From NCBI GenBank assembly GCA_021157845.1, contig JAGGVU010000019.1:2410-66409 (forward strand): a DNA stretch of 64,000 bases, in the 5' to 3' direction. This document shows positions 9,530 through 19,323 of the stretch, in pieces; position 1 is the stretch's first letter; each line of letters begins with the position of its first letter. The stretch is from Candidatus Aenigmatarchaeota archaeon (GTDB taxonomy: Archaea; Aenigmatarchaeota; Aenigmatarchaeia; GW2011-AR5; JAGGXF01). The translations under genes and the position numbers were made by a program. The notes beneath the pieces are model-generated. The model was not told the origin of the DNA, ran no database searches, and was given only the letters and a program-made list of their open reading frames with translations.

Positions 9530-10299
9530 GAAAATTGCCTTAATAAAATTTGGCTGTATGCTGAGACATCCAGTTAAGTTCTAGGTCCTGAGTAAGGAAC
9601 AATCCTAGAAATATGGACAATCAGCAGGAAACCGCGAGAGGTGATTTCTATGATAAAAAACAAATACCTTAACTGGTATTTAGTTGGCTTCACAGATGCA
9701 GAAGGTTGTTTTTCAATTTCATTAAAAAGAGAAAAAACAACTAAATTTGGATGGGCATTGGATCCAGTATTCCAAATAACACAGCATAAATCAAATGAAA
9801 AAGTTTTACATTTTTTCAAAAGACAACTGCATTGTGGAAGAATAATAGAAAAATCAGGACAACCAAATATTTTAGTTTATTTGGTTGATAATAGAAGACA
9901 ACTCGTAGAAAAAGTAATACCATTTTTCAAAAGATATAAACTGATTTTGAAAAACAACGATTTTCAGAAATTTACTGAAATTATAACAGACTTGGAAAAT
10001 AAACTGCATTCAAATAAAAAAACATTTATAGAATTAATAAAAAAATGTTTTGAAATGAATTTGAATGGTAAGCAAAGAAAATATGAGCTTGAATTTGTTT
10101 TGAAAAATCTAAAAAAATGAGCGGGATCCCCAGAGACTATACGCCAAACACAAAAATAGAACGGAGAGTATCCTTATTTTTGTGAAGAGATAGTCCGAAC
10201 CTTATGGAGACATAAGGAAACTTGTAGAAATACAAGTTCGCCTTATAGACAAAACATGCTTTGCATGTCAGTCTGTAAAGGTCATAAAGTAACAGATTG
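9530..10299 (+). mobile_element. Group I intron at 23S position L1931 (IB-like)
   Basis: Exon U then P1 TAAGGT/GCCTTA; core elements ATGCTG, AATCAGCAGG, CAGAGACTATAC, GAAGAGATAGTCC; terminal G; restores CTTAAGGTAGCGTAAT. Confidence 0.93.
9650..10120 (+). CDS. Single-motif LAGLIDADG homing endonuclease in the group I intron
   Basis: YLVGFTDAEGCF, FQITQH, VIPFF; GAGGTGA SD before ATG 9650. Confidence 0.93.
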   Translation: MIKNKYLNWYLVGFTDAEGCFSISLKREKTTKFGWALDPVFQITQHKSNEKVLHFFKRQLHCGRIIEKSGQPNILVYLVDNRRQLVEKVIPFFKRYKLILKNNDFQKFTEIITDLENKLHSNKKTFIELIKKCFEMNLNGKQRKYELEFVLKNLKK

Positions 10300-10803
10300 A
10301 GCGTAATCCCTTGCCGGTTAAATGTTGGCCTGCATGATAGATTAACGAGGTTTTCACTGTCCCAAACTAGACCCCGGCGAAACTATCTTTCTGGTGATTA
10401 GACCAGAGACCCCTAATGGGAAGAGTAGACCCCATGGAGCTTTACTGCAGTCTGTTGTTGTTGTATAATTATAATTGTATAGAGTAGGTAGGAGACGTCG
10501 ATATTAGGTCGTTAGATCTAATGGAGTCGCAATGTGTAACACTACCCTTTTATAACTATACAACTAACCTTCGGGGACATCAGCAGATGGGCAGTTTGAC
10601 TGGGGCGGTACGCCTCTGAAAGGATATCAGAGGTGCTCAAAGGTCGGCTCATCAGGGTCAGAAATCCTGAGTAGAGTGTAAAGGCAAAAGCCGGCTTGAT
10701 TGGATTTTGAACATCAAAAAATCCAAAGGCGAAAGCCTGACTTAGCGATACGCATGTTATCCTAGATGGATGCATGTGACATCAGAAAAGCTACCCTGGG
10801 GAT

Positions 10804-11512
10804 AGTTTGTAGGTGGTTCTCAGTCGTTCAGCAAGCATATTCTAATTTTCGATCTCAAATACGAAAATTAGATAAGCTTACTTCACCTTAAATAAATCAT
10901 GAAAATTGAAAATTTTCAGTTAAACGCAAGAAATTTAACTAGTAACTATTTTTATGGATTTTTAGTTGGTGCTAGCGAAGACGGAACAGTTTATCAAAGA
11001 AAGAAGAAAAATGAATATATGGTAGAAATCGAGCAAAAATCTAAGTATTGGCTTGAATTTGTTCAGGAAATTATTTTGAGATTTTACAAAAAATCAGTGA
11101 AAATAAGAAAAACTTCAAAAGGATTTTACAGAATAAGAATTTATTCCAAGAAATTTTTCAATCAAATAAAAAAACACAGAATAAATTCCTCATGGATACT
11201 TAGAAAATCCAAAGAATTTCAACTAGGATTTCTTCAAGGAGTATATGATGCAGAAGGAAGTATTAAAAAATCCAGAAATCACATAACAATCAGTTCAAAT
11301 AGAAAAGATTTAATTAGAATATTACAGATTTTATTAACAAATCTTAATTTTAGACTAGGGAAAACTTGGAAAGATTATAATGGTGTTATTACTTTGCCAT
11401 TTTATGGTAAAGATAATCTGAAAAGATTTCAAGAATTAATAAATTTTAGACATCCGAAAAAGAAGGAAAGGCTTGCTGAGCTTCTGAACGATAATTACTT
11501 ACAGACCCCTAA
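10804..11512 (+). mobile_element. 23S BHB intron (709 nt) at U2449/A2450 carrying a homing endonuclease
   Basis: GGGG-ATA, long stem GTTTGTAGGTGGTT/AATTACTTACAGAC, CCCT-AAA; restores CCCTGGGGATAA. Confidence 0.92.
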
Positions 11513-11525
11513 AATGGTGTCGTAG
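10899..11525 (+). CDS. Double-motif LAGLIDADG homing endonuclease (23S 2449 intron)
   Basis: YGFLVGASEDG and FLQGVYDAEGS; the linear stop lies in the exon. Confidence 0.9.
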   Translation: MKIENFQLNARNLTSNYFYGFLVGASEDGTVYQRKKKNEYMVEIEQKSKYWLEFVQEIILRFYKKSVKIRKTSKGFYRIRIYSKKFFNQIKKHRINSSWILRKSKEFQLGFLQGVYDAEGSIKKSRNHITISSNRKDLIRILQILLTNLNFRLGKTWKDYNGVITLPFYGKDNLKRFQELINFRHPKKKERLAELLNDNYLQTPKMVS

Positions 11526-12157
11526 CGGGTGAGAGTTCATATCGACCCCGCGTGTTGCGGCGTCGCTGTCGGCTCGCCCTCTCCTGGCTGTGCAGCAGCA
11601 GCCAAGGGTACCGGAGTTCACGGATTAAAAGGGCACGTTAGCTGGGTTTAGAACGGCGTGAGCCAGTTTGGACTATATCTGTTAGGGGTGCTTTTGTCTG
11701 AGAGTAAGGAAGAACAAGTACGAAAGGAACATTCTTCCGTGGCCTCTAGTCTACCAGTTGTCTGATAAGGCATCGCTGGGTAGCCACGCCACACGCGGAT
11801 AAGGGCTGAAAGCATCTAAGCCTCAAGCCGCTCTCGAAAATAGACAATGAGTGCCAGTAGAAGACTGGTTTGATAGGACAGGGGTGTAAGTATCAAGAAG
11901 AAATTCGAGATATTGAGCCTACTGTTACTAAAACTCACCAAAGCTAACCTTTAAATCAACTGAACCTGTGATTGTTTTTTTCTTTTTTTAAATTGTAGAT
12001 AAGTTTGATATTGCAGAAGCCTTTATAACTTAGAAGAGAAACAAAAAATAAAATCTACAGATAGAGAAGTTGCAATTACTCCGAAAGGTAAATCCTTTCT
12101 ATAAAGATTTATCTTTTACCTCAGTAATTTTTACAACTTTAGCATTTAAATAATTTA

Positions 12158-12604
12158 TTGTTATTAATTAGTGGTATGAGGAAAAAAGAAATTTTCATAA
12201 ATAAAAAATTTCTGGATGAAAATTATTGTGGAGACAATACTATATTTTCTTTAAAAATACCACTTTCCAGGTTTGGGTATATTCCTAAAGATGGGGGCAA
12301 TTTGGATATTGGTGAACGCGGGGTTAGAGAATTTCTTCTCGTCTACGAAAGGAAAATTCCGAGTCCAAAAGACGAACCAGAATTGTTTTCAGCGCCTCAT
12401 TATAAGCAAATTGTGTCTTTGACCGCAACACCCTGCGGAACAAACGGAATAGAAAACTTTTGGGTTAGTGAGATAAACGAACTTTGGCTAAAATATCCGA
12501 ATGCAACTGTTATACTGGCAACAAGAAATGAAGATGATAAATTTAGGAAAGAAAATGAGGAATGGTCAGAAAAAATAGAAGCTATAAGAATTGATTTTGA
12601 CTAA
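12158..12604 (+). CDS. Hypothetical protein
   Basis: 148 aa sole ORF in the region; ATG near 12177 is the likelier start. Confidence 0.6.
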   Translation: MLLISGMRKKEIFINKKFLDENYCGDNTIFSLKIPLSRFGYIPKDGGNLDIGERGVREFLLVYERKIPSPKDEPELFSAPHYKQIVSLTATPCGTNGIENFWVSEINELWLKYPNATVILATRNEDDKFRKENEEWSEKIEAIRIDFD

Positions 12605-12668
12605 AATTGGTTAAAATATAGCTTCTATGATAGAAATCTTTTTTAATGTTTCCTGCTCTATATATGTT

Positions 12669-13004
12669 CGGTAACTCGCTGAGCAACCGCCGTGCCTCAG
12701 GTTTTTCTGAGGCATGAGGAAGCTCTGTCCACCCAGAATGGTTTATAGCCATTCTAAAAGTATGGCCAAATTTTGGTTCAGGCGAGAGCCTGAGACTAAG
12801 AACAGAAACGATACTGGCTTCACACTGATTCGTGATGTGTGATTACTCTTCTTTCAAGGGAAGAGCCAGATGAAACGGCTTAGTCCATATGGGTGCAAGC
12901 TGTTTTAAAAGCGCATAGACAAATGGTTGCAACCCTGTTGATGACTTGTTCATAATGTAGAACAATGAAAGGGTTAACAAAAGACGGGCTACATCGAGTT
13001 ACCG
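12669..13004 (+). ncRNA. rnpB: RNase P RNA
   Basis: P1 CGGTAACTCG/CGAGTTACCG; conserved regions GAGGAAGCTC, ACAGAAA, TGAAACGG, GGTGCAAG, AGACAAATG, AACAAAAGACGGGCTA; T-tract follows. Confidence 0.93.
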
Positions 13005-13103
13005 TTTTTTTATGTTCGGCAGCAAAAACTATGTGTGGCTGAGCTAGTTACAAACATAGATGCGACATCATTTTTCTGCAGATGTGCTCTAATAGTCGTA
13101 ATT

Positions 13104-13259
13104 TTAAAGAATAAGCGGCAATATTTTAACTAGTATTACAAAACCAATAGAGATAGCCACGACATGAACAGGCTTAAGCTGTATGCCTTCTTTTTCTTCG
13201 TCAAAATATCTTATTAGTCCTGCCTGTGTCATGGGCATTGATTTTTTCTCGGTTGCCAT
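13104..13259 (-). CDS. secG: Preprotein translocase Sec61beta (archaeal SecG), absent from the ORF track
   Basis: 51 aa MATEKKSMPMTQAGLIRYFDEEKEGIQLKPVHVVAISIGFVILVKILPLIL; AGLIRYF motif plus one TM helix. Confidence 0.92.
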   Translation of the reverse strand: MATEKKSMPMTQAGLIRYFDEEKEGIQLKPVHVVAISIGFVILVKILPLIL

Positions 13260-13544
13260 AGTTATCTATGCTCCTTAAAAACTTAAAAAGATTTATTTTA
13301 CCAGATAAATGTATTTGATTCCATATGAATTGCTAGATAATTTAAAATTTCCTGGAATTATTTCAATTTCTAGACAATATGGAAATTCAAGCGCTCCAAG
13401 GATTTTTTTATTTTTTGGATCAGCTTCAGGGCCCCTCTAACTAATTTAATGCAGTATTTCTTTTCTTATTCAGTTAATTCTATACCGCTCATTGTTTAAA
13501 ACGTTTAATTAACTTATTTAAATCGCTTTATAATAATTTATTTC

Positions 13545-14351
13545 ATGGTTCAGAATATATTTCTCGGTCCAGCCGGCTCTCCGGAGAAAAGTACAATAAG
13601 TGGAATTGAGACTATAAGAAAACTTGGGCTTCAGGCCATGGAAGTTGAATTTACATATGGCGTCAGGATGAGCAATGCGCTTGCAAAGAAAATTGGTAAG
13701 ATAAACAAAAAAGAAAAAATAAAACTGAGTGTGCATGCTCCGTATTGGATTAATCTTGCATCTACCGATAAAAAGAAAATTGAAGCAAGCAAAAAAAGGA
13801 TTTTAACATCATGCGAACGTGCACATTACATGGGTGCAAGTCCGGTTGTTTTCCACCCGGCGTTTTATGGAAAGCTAGAGAAAGAAAAAATTTACGATAT
13901 GGTTAAGACTGCTGTTATAGAGATGAACGACATAATTAAAAAAAACAAATGGTCTGTTAAATTGGCACCAGAAACAACTGGAAAACATTCACAATTCGGG
14001 ACTTTAGACGAACTCATAAAACTTTCAAAAGAGGTAAAATGTTTCATCTGTGTAGATTTTGCGCATATCTATGCACGGAATGGTGGAAAAATTAATTATT
14101 CTGATATCTTAAAAAAGATGAAATCATTGCGTCACATCAAACATTACCATTCACATTTTTCTGGTATTGAATTTACAGCAAAAGGAGAAAAAAGACATAC
14201 TATTATGTCAAAACCGGCTTTCAGACCGCTGGCTAAGGAAATTCTTAAGAAAAAAATGAGCATCACGATAATAAGCGAAAGTCCGGTAACGTGGAAAGAT
14301 TCTCAAAAACAAAAAAAGATTTTTGAAGATTTCGGGTATAAATTTAGTTAA
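13545..14351 (+). CDS. nfo: Endonuclease IV (AP endonuclease 2 family)
   Basis: GPAG, HAPYWINL, FHPAFY, ETTGK, DFAH, HFSGIE, ISESP. Confidence 0.9.
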   Translation: MVQNIFLGPAGSPEKSTISGIETIRKLGLQAMEVEFTYGVRMSNALAKKIGKINKKEKIKLSVHAPYWINLASTDKKKIEASKKRILTSCERAHYMGASPVVFHPAFYGKLEKEKIYDMVKTAVIEMNDIIKKNKWSVKLAPETTGKHSQFGTLDELIKLSKEVKCFICVDFAHIYARNGGKINYSDILKKMKSLRHIKHYHSHFSGIEFTAKGEKRHTIMSKPAFRPLAKEILKKKMSITIISESPVTWKDSQKQKKIFEDFGYKFS

Positions 14352-14377
14352 ATTTATACTAGATATATCATTCTTAT

Positions 14378-15088
14378 GTGATAAAAGTGAAAACACTAAT
14401 TATTGCAGCAGGTAGAGGAAAGCGATTAGCCATGAAAAAATGGCCAAAGTCATTGATACGAGTAAATGAAAAAACAATAATCGAAACTATTTTAGACGCC
14501 TGTAATAGTGTTGGCTTAGACGAGTTTGTTATTGTTACGGGTTATGAAGGAGAAAAAATAAAAGAAGCACTAAAAAATGGTAAAAATAAGATAAAATATA
14601 TTGAGAACCCAAATTTTTCAGAAAAAGAAAATGGGTATTCAGTTTATTGTGCTAAAGATGTTCTTAAAGAGAATTTCTTACTTTTAATGTCTGATCACAT
14701 AGTTGAACCCACTATTTTAGAAAAAATGGTAAATTATGAGATAGCGGATGGTTGTGCACTTTGTATTGACAAAGACCTAGAAAATATATTTGATTTAGAT
14801 GAAGCCACAAAAGTTTATGAGCAGGACAAAAAAATTTTAGATATAGGTAAAAAGATTAAATTATATAATGCTGTTGATACAGGATGTTTTTTTTGTACCC
14901 CATATATTTTTGAATCGTTAGAACAATCGATGAAAAATGGAACAACTAAATTATCTGATGCCATGAAATTAATGGCTTCAGAGGGGAAATTATTTTCTAT
15001 AGATATTACAGGAAACTTTTGGATAGATATTGACACAGAGGAAGATTTACAATGTGCTAGAAATTACTTAAAATCCTTAAAAGCCTAG
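14378..15088 (+). CDS. Sugar/polyol-phosphate nucleotidyltransferase (inositol-1-P or phosphocholine cytidylyltransferase-like)
   Basis: AAGRGKRL..PKSL, MSDH, DEATKV, DTGCF, WIDIDT. Confidence 0.8.
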   Translation: MIKVKTLIIAAGRGKRLAMKKWPKSLIRVNEKTIIETILDACNSVGLDEFVIVTGYEGEKIKEALKNGKNKIKYIENPNFSEKENGYSVYCAKDVLKENFLLLMSDHIVEPTILEKMVNYEIADGCALCIDKDLENIFDLDEATKVYEQDKKILDIGKKIKLYNAVDTGCFFCTPYIFESLEQSMKNGTTKLSDAMKLMASEGKLFSIDITGNFWIDIDTEEDLQCARNYLKSLKA

Positions 15089-15963
15089 TGTTTAATCCCA
15101 GTCATAATTTTATTTAATATCTTTTCAAATTTTTTTTCAAATTTTTCATCATATTCAACTATAGGTTTTAGACGAACAAGAGCCTCTACGAATTTTTTAT
15201 CATAAGGAAGCTTCCCGAGAATTGATAATTTATTTTTATATGCAAATTGCTCTATTTTTCTGCTGAAATTTCTACTTAGATCATACTTGTTTATAATTAT
15301 TCCACAAGGAATATGAAAATTATCGAGGATCTGGAGACTTCTTTTCATGTCATGAAATGCTGAAGGTGTCGGCTCAGTTACAATCGCTCCATAATCAGAT
15401 CCTTGTATAGAGGATATAACAGGGCACCCAATGCCAGCAGCGCAGTCTATTAACATTATATCAGCGTTCTTTGCTACTTTTGATGCCGTATTTTTTACTT
15501 CTATAATTATTTTACCGCTTCCACTTTCACCCATTTTTAATTTTCCTGTAACTATTGGAAATCCGTGTGTTTGGCTCACACCTATATACGCATTTTTTAC
15601 TTTTTTAAGTTTTATAGCGTTTTCAGGACACACCAATAAACAGGCACCACATCCTTCGCATCGCATTTCGTCGAAGACCGGCCGTTCTTTATCCCACGAG
15701 ATAGCTGAGAAGTTACAAACATGAACACATTTTTTACACCCTATACATCTTTTCTTTATCAATACCGCTTTTTCGTTTGTTGAAATTTCTCTCCACTTAT
15801 AATCATTTTGGCGCAGGCCCAAAACCAGACCAAGATTAGGAGCATCAATATCACAATCAACCGCAATTATCTTCTTTTTTTTGGATAGAAGTACAGCCAA
15901 AGATGCTGTTATTGTTGATTTACCGACCCCTCCTTTTCCTGAAAGTATTGCTATTTTTTTCAT
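15085..15963 (-). CDS. MinD-like P-loop ATPase with inserted 2x[4Fe-4S] ferredoxin (COG1149)
   Basis: SGKGGVGKST; two CxxCxxCxxxC motifs; AGIGCPV; TEPT. Confidence 0.9.
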   Translation of the reverse strand: MKKIAILSGKGGVGKSTITASLAVLLSKKKKIIAVDCDIDAPNLGLVLGLRQNDYKWREISTNEKAVLIKKRCIGCKKCVHVCNFSAISWDKERPVFDEMRCEGCGACLLVCPENAIKLKKVKNAYIGVSQTHGFPIVTGKLKMGESGSGKIIIEVKNTASKVAKNADIMLIDCAAGIGCPVISSIQGSDYGAIVTEPTPSAFHDMKRSLQILDNFHIPCGIIINKYDLSRNFSRKIEQFAYKNKLSILGKLPYDKKFVEALVRLKPIVEYDEKFEKKFEKILNKIMTGIKH

Positions 15964-16349
15964 CTAAACACCATACTTTTCATTTTTAGTTTCTTTATTT
16001 TACTTTTATTAATCATAAACAAATGACTTTCACAATTACAATCAGAACATCCAAATCCTTTGATTGGAACAGAAAACCCCATTAATTTTTTTGCAATTAA
16101 GCACTCTAGGTTTTTTGGACCTTTTTTAACCAAAACATCCTTCACGTTTGCATGCTCTAGCAGATAGTCTATATGCCAGTGTTTTTTCTTTCGCCTTTTC
16201 AAATGTCTTTTAACTCTTTGTTCAATTCCATTTTGGGCAGAACCCACGTAAACATACATGCCTCTCTTAAAAGGTATATGACCGAGTGAGCCAACTCTGA
16301 TTTTAATATTTTTCTCCAAATTTATGATAAGCGCATATATCCCTTTCAT
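15960..16349 (-). CDS. GIY-YIG endonuclease (DUF123)
   Basis: KGIYAL..YVYVGSA, HWHIDYLL, GFGCSDCNCESH. Confidence 0.88.
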   Translation of the reverse strand: MKGIYALIINLEKNIKIRVGSLGHIPFKRGMYVYVGSAQNGIEQRVKRHLKRRKKKHWHIDYLLEHANVKDVLVKKGPKNLECLIAKKLMGFSVPIKGFGCSDCNCESHLFMINKSKIKKLKMKSMVFR

Positions 16350-17191
16350 TGTTTGTTCATCTTCTCTATTTTTTCAGCAAGTTTTTCTATATTTTTGTCT
16401 TTTATTAATTCACCTTTGGAATATTGTTGTTGTATTTTTTTGCTATAAGGTATTTCTGATATCATTTCTACTCCGTAATTTTTAGCCATCTGCTTTATTT
16501 TACTTTTTTTTGCTATATCTGATCTATTTAGAATTATCTTTGTCGGTATATCTAATTTTTTTGTAAGTTGCAAAATTAAATCCAAGTCATGCTCTCCAAG
16601 AGGTGTTGGTTCTGTAACTGCTAATGCCAAGTTACATCCATCCAGCGCCGCGATAACATCACAATGTGTGCCTGCGGCAGTGTCTATTAAAATAAAATCA
16701 TAATTGCCTTTTATTTCTTTTTTTAGGGAATCTACAATAAGTTCAGAGATAAGTTCACCGGGCATTAATTCACCACTGAGAAAAGATAGATTTTGGTTTT
16801 TCCCCACAAAAATATTACCGACAGTTTTCGAAGATTTGGTTATAGCGTTTTCAGGACATACCAATAAACAGGCACCACACCCATTACATTGCTCTCTGAA
16901 AAATATAGGATATTTGTTTTTAACTTGGAGGATAGCATTAGCTTTACAAGCTTCAGAACATTTCCCACATTTTATGCACCTATCGAAATTCCATTTCGGA
17001 ATCATTTGTTTTACTTCTTTCAATTTTTTTCTTTCTATAGATAAAATCAGATGATCATTTGGGCAATCTACATCAGCATCTACCAGAAGAACGCTATTTT
17101 TTTTAGAAAGATATCCAGCTAACGATGTAGATATAACTGACTTCCCAGTTCCGCCTTTTCCACCTGTGATTGCGATTCTCATGGTTTTCAT
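16346..17191 (-). CDS. MinD-like P-loop ATPase with inserted ferredoxin (COG1149), second paralogue
   Basis: GGKGGTGKS, DADVDCPN, two ferredoxin motifs, AGTHCDV. Confidence 0.9.
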   Translation of the reverse strand: MKTMRIAITGGKGGTGKSVISTSLAGYLSKKNSVLLVDADVDCPNDHLILSIERKKLKEVKQMIPKWNFDRCIKCGKCSEACKANAILQVKNKYPIFFREQCNGCGACLLVCPENAITKSSKTVGNIFVGKNQNLSFLSGELMPGELISELIVDSLKKEIKGNYDFILIDTAAGTHCDVIAALDGCNLALAVTEPTPLGEHDLDLILQLTKKLDIPTKIILNRSDIAKKSKIKQMAKNYGVEMISEIPYSKKIQQQYSKGELIKDKNIEKLAEKIEKMNKQ

Positions 17192-17763
17192 GAATAATCC
17201 CCAATATTTTTAAAATCTTTGATTAGAATAGCTTTCATGCTCGGATTATATGCAGCAACAGCTGGGTGATACATTGCTACTATTTTTTCAATACCTACAA
17301 GATTAGCCAATGTAAAAACCCTTCCATGTATACTGCTTATTTTTTCTTGCTTCAATCTAAATTTATCAAAAATATATGATAATGCAAAATTTCCTAATGT
17401 AACAATAATCTTTGGTTGAATTATTTTTATTTGTTCATCGAGATAAGGGCTGCATGCCTTTATCTGCTCTGGAGATGGATTTGCATTATCAGGTGGCCGA
17501 CACTTTAATATGTTTGTAATGTAAATATCTTTTCTTTTTAACCCAATTGAGTTGAGTAATTCGTCAAATATTTTTCCTGCCCTGCCTACAAATGGTTTGC
17601 CTTGTTGATCTTCATTATAGCCAGGCGCCTCACCTATAAACATAATATTAGTAGTTAATGAACCTTCCCCGACAACAGGATTAGTTCTGGTTTTCCATAG
17701 ATTACATCGCTTACACAGATAAATCTTTTGTTTCAACGAATTCATTTCATCAATCATACCCAT
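17188..17763 (-). CDS. udg: Uracil-DNA glycosylase family 4 (Fe-S)
   Basis: CKRC, GEAPG, PFVGRAG, KCRPP, YHPA. Confidence 0.95.
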   Translation of the reverse strand: MGMIDEMNSLKQKIYLCKRCNLWKTRTNPVVGEGSLTTNIMFIGEAPGYNEDQQGKPFVGRAGKIFDELLNSIGLKRKDIYITNILKCRPPDNANPSPEQIKACSPYLDEQIKIIQPKIIVTLGNFALSYIFDKFRLKQEKISSIHGRVFTLANLVGIEKIVAMYHPAVAAYNPSMKAILIKDFKNIGDYS

Positions 17764-17801
17764 CTTTTACCATAAATTTCAATTATATTTGATGCCGATT
17801 C

Positions 17802-19268
17802 TCATACCCGTCCCATAACCATTGCTATACCGAGGCAGATTATAATCAATCCAGCGACTAGATGTAAATAGCGAATATTCTTGTCCTTCCATCCGGAAAC
17901 GTCTTCGACCTTCTTAATTCCGGCGTAGACAACTAATGTTATAGCAATCATAGGTAGAACAAAAATTGAGTTATAAATCAATAACCATGGTATGGTTTTC
18001 ATCAGCTCAAGCGCAGATAATATACCACTTGCTATGACATAAGGTCCGATTGTGCAAGGTAAAAGAAACACTGTTACAAACAACCCAACCACAAACGCGC
18101 CCCTCGGTGATGTCACTCTTGATATGATTTTCTTAACCTTCGGTCGCAACATCATAGGCATCTCTGTTCCAAGTCTGCCAGGTTTGTAGTGAAAGAAATC
18201 CCTCAGGTTTAGCAAACCAAGTATCACTGCGAGCAAACCAAGTATTTTATACAACCACAGTCTAATCGCGGCGAGTGCCTGTATAAGCTGGAAGAATCTT
18301 ATAATAACCAAGCCATAGAAAAGATACATGACGAAAACCGATATCGTGAAAGCCAAGCCAGCCAGCAGAACATTTCTTTTCTTTTTCGGATTGTAAGTAA
18401 GTATTGCTATTAGCATCAGTGTAAGCACAGCCAAGGCGCACGGATTCACTGCATCAACAGCTGCCAGCGAAACTATTTTGGGTAGAGTCAAGTCTTTTTT
18501 AGTTTCCTCCTTGTTACTTCTATCTGTCTCGTTTACATCATTAGTCCAGTTGCCACCCGTTCCATTATTCTCCAGACCATTCCCATTCCATTGAAATGTC
18601 CAGCCTTTTAGCTTTATTGCGTTGTCAAATTTCACGCTACTTCCGGAGAGTGGAGCAGGTTTTGCATCAGTTGTCTCATAGCTTTTATTATTCAGCAAAG
18701 AGCAAGGCGTTTCGGTTCCCAACAAATCTTTTAGTAGTTGATTATCTCCCCCTTCCCCTGTCTTTATCAGAATTCTATCCTTGGCCCATATCTTCGGCTT
18801 TCCGGGCAATGATACAATGTCCATCTGACTAAACGGAACAGAAGAACCGTTCAGCAATGGGCAAGGATTCCAGCTAAGATTATTAATTGTTTTTTCCGCA
18901 TTTTGCAAAATCGGGATGTCACCAATAATATGTTTATCCTTGCTAAATATTATTAGAGGAATTCCAAGGCCGGAATTATAGTTAGAATCATAACCATAGA
19001 GCAGTTGAGCATTGTCCCGCTCTTGATAAATTTCATACTCAATTATAACCAGATCATTATATTCGTTGACAAGTTCACTAAGAACGACAGGGTCTGCTCT
19101 TGCACAGTGTGGGCAACCTACACCCGTGAAATAAACAGCACATACAATATTTGTATTATTGGTTATGTTATCAGAATCAGTCGCGAGTGCAAAAGCCGCA
19201 AATGTAGTTATGATTATTGGAATCAAAACAAGTACTGACAAAGTTTTCATTTTTCTCACCCCCCACAT
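17802..19268 (-). CDS. Thioredoxin-like domain fused to CcdA/DsbD-type membrane domain
   Basis: Signal peptide, CPHC, DAVNPCA and LPCTIGPY in a six-TM C-terminus. Confidence 0.85.
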   Translation of the reverse strand: MWGVRKMKTLSVLVLIPIIITTFAAFALATDSDNITNNTNIVCAVYFTGVGCPHCARADPVVLSELVNEYNDLVIIEYEIYQERDNAQLLYGYDSNYNSGLGIPLIIFSKDKHIIGDIPILQNAEKTINNLSWNPCPLLNGSSVPFSQMDIVSLPGKPKIWAKDRILIKTGEGGDNQLLKDLLGTETPCSLLNNKSYETTDAKPAPLSGSSVKFDNAIKLKGWTFQWNGNGLENNGTGGNWTNDVNETDRSNKEETKKDLTLPKIVSLAAVDAVNPCALAVLTLMLIAILTYNPKKKRNVLLAGLAFTISVFVMYLFYGLVIIRFFQLIQALAAIRLWLYKILGLLAVILGLLNLRDFFHYKPGRLGTEMPMMLRPKVKKIISRVTSPRGAFVVGLFVTVFLLPCTIGPYVIASGILSALELMKTIPWLLIYNSIFVLPMIAITLVVYAGIKKVEDVSGWKDKNIRYLHLVAGLIIICLGIAMVMGRV

Positions 19269-19323
19269 AATTTGACTTTAAATATTTGTCAAATAAATTT
19301 TAATTTTTTGCTAATCTATGCAA

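Larger units (their letters stand above)
7427..11946 (+). rRNA. rrl: 23S rRNA with four BHB introns and one group I intron (~2.9 kb after removal; ends approximate)
   Basis: GAAACATCTTAGTACC, AGTACCGTGAGGGAAAG, GGAATTCGGCAAATT, GACTGGGGCGGTA, sarcin-ricin AGTACGAAAGGAAC. Confidence 0.97.
7396..11978 (+). other. 23S pre-rRNA processing stem with BHB (arms ~7396-7432 and ~11941-11978)
   Basis: AAACAATCATAGGTTCAGTTG..AAAG-ATA-GTTAGCT pairs with AGCTAAC-CTTT-AAA-TCAACTGAACCTGTGATTGTTT. Confidence 0.85.

Noticed and set aside
12930..12976. Extended helix near the 3' end of RNase P RNA as an intron
   Set aside because: Fits the variable P19 position; no clear BHB
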